From a virus (taxonomy: Duplodnaviria; Caudoviricetes), in IMG/VR virus record IMGVR_UViG_3300049228_000060, positions 1-38,206 of that record: a DNA stretch of 38,206 nt; one strand, 5' to 3'. Each line of letters starts with the position of its first letter. The first letter of the stretch is position 1. Positions 32,554-38,206 of this stretch are shown here, piece by piece. The position numbers and the translations under genes are program-made. The notes under the pieces were generated by a model. That model was not told where the DNA came from and made no database searches. It was given only the letters and a program-made list of their open reading frames with translations.

Positions 32554-34092
32554 ATGGCCGTTGTACTTTTAAGCCCAATACTCAATGGTTGGCAGGGATT
32601 AGGAACCTCGCTAGTCCTGTTAAACGGAGGCTTTCTTAACACCTATCAGGCCGGAACCTCAACGCCTTTAGCGACCTATACGACAAATGCGGGATCAGTG
32701 GCGAACTCGAATCCGATTGTTCTGGGAAGTGATGGCCGACCACCGAATGAGATCTGGTTGATTTCGGGAAGTGCATATCGATTCGTATTGTTTGATTCAT
32801 CGAGCAACCTGATTGCGACTTACGACAACATTGTCGGTATTCCGGGTATTGGTACCCTGTTTCAGTGGGCCGGCTCTGCGGGTGGCACATCGGACGCCTT
32901 AGCGTTAACTCCGTCTCCTGCAATTACCGGCTATGTTCTCGGAGCGAGTTATACCTTTGTTGCAACGGCCACAAACACAACGACAACGCCGACCGCAGCT
33001 ATTTCAGGTCTTGCGCCTAAAACGCTGGTAAAGTCAAACAATAAGCCTCCTTCAGCAGGTGATATTGTCTCGGGCAAAATGTATACCGTTGTCGATAATG
33101 GCAGTAATTTGGTTATTCAAAATACGCTTCCCTCGGACCTTCCCAGCTTATATTCCCAGCGAAATCGACTGATCAATGGCGAATGTAATATTGCGCAAGG
33201 TACGGTTCCGACACTTTCTACATCGCCGCAATTTGCACAAGTTGATATGGTTACCGGTTGGGCTTCAAGCGGAGCGGTAACAGCAGGAACCATTACCCAG
33301 GCGCTAACCGGATCGCCGGGCAGGAATTATTGCGTACAGTTCACCGCCACGACCTTAACGGGCGCTGGTCAGCTGTCCTGGCGCTATCGGGTCGAATCAA
33401 AAGATGCAACGAGTTTGAATAACCAAAAATGCACATTTCAGATTAAGGTAAGACAAGACTCAGGATCTGCAATTAACCATACGATTATTATTCGAACTCC
33501 ACTAGTGGTAGATAGTTATGGTGGTACTAGTGTGGTAGCAACCAGCTCAGCCATTTCAGTGGCATCGCTATCCACTCAAACCTTAACCTTTACATTTACC
33601 GCAAGCGCTGTGCAAAACGGTATAGAAATAGAAATACAGGCTGCTTGTGGGGCCACCACACTTAACTGGTCATTGTCCGAATGGCAATTAGAAGAGGGTA
33701 TCTTTGCTTCACCCTTTGAATATACGAATATGGAAGTTTCCCTAGCAAAATGCCAGCGGTATTATGAGAAGTCTTTTCCGCAAGGAACAATCCCGGCCCA
33801 GAATGCAGGGTTTCAAAGCTATGGATTTACTCAAGTTGTAGCGGCGGCAGCGACAATGCGCGGTATTCCCTATCGATACAGTGTTACAAAAAGAGTTGCC
33901 CCCGCGGTCACGCTATATAACACTGCTGCAGCAAATGCGCAGGCACGAAACGCTACTGTTGCAACAGACTGCACGGCTACAACTGCGGGAGGATTGACGG
34001 ATACCGGATTTTTCCTAACCACAACAATGGCGGCAGGGTCTTCTATTGGGGATTCTAATGTTGTTCACTTCACAGCAGATGCGAGATTGTAA
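32554..34092 (+). CDS. Tail fibre/receptor-binding protein 1
   Basis: Head-binding N-terminus (L.GG.L.TYQAGTSTP.ATYT..AG...N.NPI.L.SDGR), RNRLING and WQLEEG..ASPFE......LAKCQRYYEKS tail-fibre motifs. Confidence 0.85.
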   Translation: MAVVLLSPILNGWQGLGTSLVLLNGGFLNTYQAGTSTPLATYTTNAGSVANSNPIVLGSDGRPPNEIWLISGSAYRFVLFDSSSNLIATYDNIVGIPGIGTLFQWAGSAGGTSDALALTPSPAITGYVLGASYTFVATATNTTTTPTAAISGLAPKTLVKSNNKPPSAGDIVSGKMYTVVDNGSNLVIQNTLPSDLPSLYSQRNRLINGECNIAQGTVPTLSTSPQFAQVDMVTGWASSGAVTAGTITQALTGSPGRNYCVQFTATTLTGAGQLSWRYRVESKDATSLNNQKCTFQIKVRQDSGSAINHTIIIRTPLVVDSYGGTSVVATSSAISVASLSTQTLTFTFTASAVQNGIEIEIQAACGATTLNWSLSEWQLEEGIFASPFEYTNMEVSLAKCQRYYEKSFPQGTIPAQNAGFQSYGFTQVVAAAATMRGIPYRYSVTKRVAPAVTLYNTAAANAQARNATVATDCTATTAGGLTDTGFFLTTTMAAGSSIGDSNVVHFTADARL

Positions 34093-35948
34093 TGGCCGCT
34101 GTCAGTTTTAGTCCTATCGGTAATGGTGTTTCATTCCTGGGCGTTTCCCTTGTCCTGTTAAATGGCGGACAGTTATTTACTTATCAGGCAGGGACTTCGA
34201 CGCCACAAGCAACCTATACAACGAATGCAGGATCGATCGCCAATGCCAACCCGATTATCTTGGGATCGGACGGCCGGGCACCGAACGAGATTTGGCTGGT
34301 TCAGGGACAGGCTTATAAATTTGTACTGTTCGATGCACAAAGCAATCTCATTGCCACCTATGATAATGTTTCAGGCATTGATTCAGGCTTAAGAGCAGAC
34401 CTTGCCAATACCTCTAATACAGCACTGGGAGATGCGCTAATCGGTGTTAAGCGCACGCTGACTGGCGCGATTGCCACCAATTTGCATAATTATCTGGACG
34501 GCTCGGAGCTCAACGCAAAGCGTGATTTCGGCGCAACTGGAAATGGGAGCACTGACGATACCGCCGCATTGCAGGCCGCATTTGCTGCGGCCGCTGGCAC
34601 CATGCTACTGCTTCCTCCCGGTATCTATAAACATACTGAGCTGACGGCGCCCGATGCCGCGTTCGCATTAATCGGCTATGGCACCGATTTGTCAGTGCTG
34701 CGATACATGGGTACAACTATTGGAATAACCTATACCAGTACCGATATTCTCAAGTCATTCACGATGAAAGGGATAACGTTAGAGGCTGGCAATGCCGCTG
34801 GGTTTAGTGGTCTCGCCTTACAGATATTTTACCCAACGACAACCAGCTTTGCGGGCAAAACCGTTACGTTGGAAAATATTGAGATCAGCAGTAGCGTCAC
34901 CGGCCCGGCCCTGCCTGCGTGGTCGGCAGGTGTTTATATGAAAAATGCTTGGAATGCAAAAATAGATAATCTATTTATTCGCGGCCAAGCCAATACAACC
35001 ACATCGAGTTACGGCGTCAAATTAGGCGAAAACTGTACTGGCGTTAAATTCAAATCGACCAACATTATTTGGTTCACCGATGCGGTATTGGTTGAGGCAT
35101 ATCTTGAGGGGTTGGTGATCGAGCAGTCGGATTTCACGGATTGCATTTACGGCGTGAGAAACACCAACACATCCACTGGATTTTTGGAGTTGGCGCTGGA
35201 TGATACCCATTTAAACTGCCAGACGCGCAACTTGCTGCTGACCAATGTCGGGCAAATCCTGGTCAACAATTGTTTGATCTACACAAGCAACACGCTGGCA
35301 AGTCCGGCCCACTTCGAGTTGGTCAGCTGTTTATTCCCGCATATTACGGGGACGCATTTCGCCTGCGGATCGATTGCCCCCGTCGCCAGCATTGTGCTAA
35401 CCGGCGTGGCGTATGCCAATATTTTAGGGAACACATTCGACAACTTACAGGCAAGTCCAGCCGTATTGCTTGACGCTACCTCCAGCGGGAACAATGTTGG
35501 CAACAACACCGATGTGGCAGGGAATGCGCTGGTCAACCAATACATCGATCTTGGCACGAATAATTATATTGACACGTTAATGGCGAATGCGCGGGCACCG
35601 GGAAAGGACATTGCCTACGACCTGGGCGCCTCCGCTTACCGCTGGCGCCGGCTATACACCGGGGGCCTCTCGCTGCAAGCCCTGCGCAAAAGCACCAATT
35701 ATACCGTGCTGGTCTCCGATAGCGTCATCACCGTCGACACCGGGGCCGGCAATGTCACGATCACCCTTCCCGCATCGCCGACGCAAGGCATGGTCTTTAT
35801 TGTCTACAAAGAATTCGCCGCCAACACCCTGACTGTTTCGGGGGGGGCTAACAACATTGATAATGGTGGAACCAGTGTCGCTTATACGGCAGTCAATGCG
35901 GTGGGGCGATTTATTTTTGTCGGCGGTTACGGCTGGATAAGGGCCTAA
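34092..35948 (+). CDS. Tailspike 2 with pectate-lyase-like beta-helix (probable depolymerase)
   Basis: Same head-binding N-terminus; KRDFGATGNGSTDDTAALQAAF....LLLPPGIY; Asn-rich beta-helix repeats. Confidence 0.85.
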   Translation: MAAVSFSPIGNGVSFLGVSLVLLNGGQLFTYQAGTSTPQATYTTNAGSIANANPIILGSDGRAPNEIWLVQGQAYKFVLFDAQSNLIATYDNVSGIDSGLRADLANTSNTALGDALIGVKRTLTGAIATNLHNYLDGSELNAKRDFGATGNGSTDDTAALQAAFAAAAGTMLLLPPGIYKHTELTAPDAAFALIGYGTDLSVLRYMGTTIGITYTSTDILKSFTMKGITLEAGNAAGFSGLALQIFYPTTTSFAGKTVTLENIEISSSVTGPALPAWSAGVYMKNAWNAKIDNLFIRGQANTTTSSYGVKLGENCTGVKFKSTNIIWFTDAVLVEAYLEGLVIEQSDFTDCIYGVRNTNTSTGFLELALDDTHLNCQTRNLLLTNVGQILVNNCLIYTSNTLASPAHFELVSCLFPHITGTHFACGSIAPVASIVLTGVAYANILGNTFDNLQASPAVLLDATSSGNNVGNNTDVAGNALVNQYIDLGTNNYIDTLMANARAPGKDIAYDLGASAYRWRRLYTGGLSLQALRKSTNYTVLVSDSVITVDTGAGNVTITLPASPTQGMVFIVYKEFAANTLTVSGGANNIDNGGTSVAYTAVNAVGRFIFVGGYGWIRA

Positions 35949-35998
35949 TATCAGGGTATTTGCTTGAGTAACGCGCGGGTCAATGCCGAGTAATGGGC

Positions 35999-36343
35999 CT
36001 ATCCCAGATATGATTTAAGGACTCCCATCGCTGCATCAGCGCCTTTGCAAAGTGCAGCCATGTAACCCTGTTCTGTAACGCGCGCCATGAAGAGTGCCTG
36101 CTCTTTGGTAGGCTTTCCTGATAGTGATTTCATCTCGATGAACAATCCATTAAAGCCGTATTTAGCCACCGGCAGCATAAGATCGCTGACGCCGGCCCTA
36201 AGCCCCTCCTTCTTCATGTAAGCTGCTAGCGCATAGTTACGCTTGGCCGCATTAGGAACGGCAAATAGAAGCCCGGCAAGAGGCTTGTATTGCATATCGA
36301 ACCATTGAATAACGGCCGCTTGTTCTTCGTGCTCAGTTCTCAT
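35999..36343 (-). CDS. VRR-NUC domain nuclease (Holliday-junction resolvase-like)
   Basis: EHEEQ..VIQW, LFAVPNAAKR, GLRAGVSDL, LFIEMK...GK....Q. Confidence 0.9.
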   Translation of the reverse strand: MRTEHEEQAAVIQWFDMQYKPLAGLLFAVPNAAKRNYALAAYMKKEGLRAGVSDLMLPVAKYGFNGLFIEMKSLSGKPTKEQALFMARVTEQGYMAALCKGADAAMGVLKSYLG

Positions 36344-36618
36344 TTAATTATGATCAGCCCTTCAGCAATCATCTGCTTTTGTGTTTCATGGAGTGCGCGT
36401 AACAAGTCATAATCTGACCAATAAAAATTAGCCCTACCATCAATCGCATCATGGCAACTGCTGCAGCCATATACTGCCCACCAATCGGGCGATTTAAAGC
36501 TCATGCCATGACTATTTGACGGGATATGGCAAAGCACTGTTGTTTCTGGGTTCTGATTACAGCAATCTAGCCGTAATGTGCAATCCTTGCCACGGGCCGA
36601 ATTGCGTAATTTACTCAT
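36340..36618 (-). CDS. DUF1364 (YbcO-like) zinc-binding putative nuclease
   Basis: SKLRNSARGKDCTLRL..C..NPETTVLCH...GM..K..D...VYGCSSCHDAIDGR. Confidence 0.85.
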   Translation of the reverse strand: MSKLRNSARGKDCTLRLDCCNQNPETTVLCHIPSNSHGMSFKSPDWWAVYGCSSCHDAIDGRANFYWSDYDLLRALHETQKQMIAEGLIIIK

Positions 36619-36791
36619 TAATCCTCCCGCATCTGCATGACCCTCTCCGTAAGGCTAGGCTCTTTCCATCGCGGAATACCGCACTCCTCAACCAATCGAG
36701 CTTTGATAGCCTGATAAAGCTCTTCGCAGGAAGCATAGGTATCAGCTCCATGCGCAGGAAGCAGTTCTTTATGCCAATCAAATTCTTTCAT
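36618..36791 (-). CDS. Small hypothetical protein (57 aa)
   Basis: Manual translation MKEFDWHKELLP...EELYQAIKARLVEE...; coupled at both ends. Confidence 0.6.
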   Translation of the reverse strand: MKEFDWHKELLPAHGADTYASCEELYQAIKARLVEECGIPRWKEPSLTERVMQMRED

Positions 36792-37114
36792 TGCCATTCC
36801 CTATAAGCTGAATAATCTTCAGCGGATAATTTCACACCTTTTTCATCACAAAACCAGATAACAAAGGTTAATAGGTCGGCCATCTGTTCAACCGTCATTT
36901 TGCTGGTGTACTGCCCGAGGATCACAAAACCGCCGTCAATGCCCATAGCGACACGTTGATGCTTGTGTACTCCGGCAGACAGGATATGCTTCCAATCTTC
37001 GGCAGATAGCTTCTGTATGCGCCCATCGACGGCCCATTCTAGTTGCTCGCTTATCTGACCTAGAAGTTTCCAAAGCAACCGATTTTGTGCGTCCGATCGC
37101 TTACTCACCGGCAC
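36788..37114 (-). CDS. ninB: NinB recombination protein
   Basis: KRSDAQNRLLW.LL.QIS.Q, KLS.EDWK, GIDGGFV.LG..TSKMTV.QMADL....F..E.GV; start may be GTG 37108. Confidence 0.9.
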   Translation of the reverse strand: MPVSKRSDAQNRLLWKLLGQISEQLEWAVDGRIQKLSAEDWKHILSAGVHKHQRVAMGIDGGFVILGQYTSKMTVEQMADLLTFVIWFCDEKGVKLSAEDYSAYREWQ

Positions 37115-37272
37115 GCCTCCATACCAAACTCTCTTGCTACTCGAATCCCCCGACCTATTGCTGTAGCACTGTACCCCACCTTTCTTGCGATAGCCTTAAC
37201 ACTCATTCCCTGTTTAGCCATTTCAAAGATTAGGCCCATCTCGTCTTTTCTGATTCGTGTTTTAGGCATCAT
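37105..37272 (-). CDS. Small HTH protein
   Basis: IFEMAKQGMSVKAIARKVGYSATAIGRGIR; probable start 37272 (track extends to 37350). Confidence 0.7.
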   Translation of the reverse strand: MMPKTRIRKDEMGLIFEMAKQGMSVKAIARKVGYSATAIGRGIRVAREFGMEACR

Positions 37273-37279
37273 CGATATC

Positions 37280-37468
37280 TCAGGCTGGCTTAATGTGAAA
37301 ATGATAGGGTCTATCACTCGCGCGACTGGCAATCGGTTCAACCTTTCCACCCGCCGCTAAGTAAATCTCAGTCAACCGTTCAATCCTTAACCGTTCCGGC
37401 TCACGATTGACCACATACCCGGTGGACGGGCTGACTCTGCGCATGATGGTTTCGCGGGAATCATTCAT
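37280..37468 (-). CDS. Hypothetical protein (YLAAGGKVE motif)
   Basis: 62 aa; GGAGG RBS; overlaps the upstream stop. Confidence 0.65.
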   Translation of the reverse strand: MNDSRETIMRRVSPSTGYVVNREPERLRIERLTEIYLAAGGKVEPIASRASDRPYHFHIKPA

Positions 37469-37955
37469 TATTGGCCTCCTGCTCAGGCAGTGGGGTGGCT
37501 ATTTCAGCCATGTAAACGGCCTTAGCGCCGTTTCGTGCCGCACTAGCTAGTGCCATCTTTGTTGGCTCACCAAAGTACGGGCCTGATTTCCTTCCGTCGT
37601 CCGCAAGCCAATAAAATGCCGTGATGGTGTATTTACACCCTCCATTATCAGGCAAGGATAGGACGCGTCGCGTAAATAGTTCGGCTACTTCGGTTTTGCT
37701 GTAAGTGCCATAACAATAGTTATCCCACTTCATGTAAATCGAGCTTCCACTTATCGATTCGATACTGCATGGCTCCCCGGTTTCGTTCTCGATATATCGA
37801 TCTCCTGCCGCGGGCTCACCGCTGGCGCTCTGCTCTTGCTCGATGATTCGATATTCCAGCGGCCTCCAATAATCATCGGCATTGAAATATTCAACATTGA
37901 ATTTGTCATCATCGAAACCATCCGGCACATCAACCAGCACAGTGATCGTTTTCAT
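37461..37955 (-). CDS. Hypothetical protein
   Basis: ATG 37955 after AGGAAGGA; 164 aa. Confidence 0.65.
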   Translation of the reverse strand: MKTITVLVDVPDGFDDDKFNVEYFNADDYWRPLEYRIIEQEQSASGEPAAGDRYIENETGEPCSIESISGSSIYMKWDNYCYGTYSKTEVAELFTRRVLSLPDNGGCKYTITAFYWLADDGRKSGPYFGEPTKMALASAARNGAKAVYMAEIATPLPEQEANNE

Positions 37956-37980
37956 AGTTCCTTCCTGTCGCTCTCGGCAG

Positions 37981-38115
37981 TCAATCCCACGACTGACTAT
38001 GGATAAAAGTGCGGCCACATTTCGTGCATTGGCATTCGAAATCGCCGCTGTAAGTGATGCCTACCGCGTGGCAATATTTACGGTGAAAGAGATGGCATTT
38101 AATCCAACGAATCAT
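37981..38115 (-). CDS. Small Cys/His zinc-binding protein (DUF1660-like, 44 aa) spanning the circle junction
   Basis: MIRWIKCHLFHRKY...CQCTKCGR; its start overlaps the stop of the 36..926 gene copy in the repeat. Confidence 0.65.
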   Translation of the reverse strand: MIRWIKCHLFHRKYCHAVGITYSGDFECQCTKCGRTFIHSQSWD

Positions 38116-38206
38116 CACTCGCCCCCTTGCTTGTCGTTAGCGGTAGGGATGGCGAGAATTTCAGTGGCATATTTACGCGACTCCTCATCCGCATATGATG
38201 AGTCGT
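38080..38206. repeat. Terminal direct repeat, copy 2
   Basis: Identical to 1-127. Confidence 0.95.

Noticed and set aside
32554-34380. Diversity-generating retroelement template/variable repeats
   Set aside because: There is no reverse transcriptase in the genome, the duplicated segments are N-terminal, and their differences are not adenine-specific.
13803-35948. Stop-codon reassignment
   Set aside because: Structural genes are full length under the standard code, and TAA, TGA and TAG all end genes at sensible coupled positions.
38080-38206. 127-bp terminal repeat as a biological DTR or att site
   Set aside because: The length equals a common assembler k-mer, it falls inside coding sequence, and a P22-type terminase implies headful packaging of a circularly permuted genome.

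Overview
The window is an apparently complete, circularly assembled genome of a P22-like (short-tailed) dsDNA phage, probably infecting a Gram-negative host. It has 38,079 unique bp, and bases 1-127 are repeated at 38080-38206. Transcription has only two directions, starting from back-to-back sigma70-type promoters at ~3548-3599 that share one TTGTCAA -35 core. The leftward arm runs across the circle junction down to 35999. It carries small membrane peptides, a Rad52/Sak recombinase, an SSB-like protein, Gp157, mosaic Ead/Eaa-like ORFs, NinB, DUF1364 and VRR-NUC. The rightward arm starts with a Cro-like HTH gene, then ~890 bp of ORF-free, highly base-paired sequence, an HNH nuclease, ASCH and a DUF6745-like repeat protein with its partner. 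It continues through a tRNA-like element, a lysis cassette, two FN3-like proteins and GroES to a P22-order head/tail/ejection/tailspike module. By eye I find no integrase, CI repressor, Q antiterminator, replication initiator, helicase, primase or polymerase. Where lambdoid phages keep O/P, this genome has two large structured RNA candidates flanking a C4-type antisense RNA, followed by the HNH gene. This is the most promising novel system in the window. All calls come from manual motif reading, synteny and manual base-pairing; no searches or folding programs were run.
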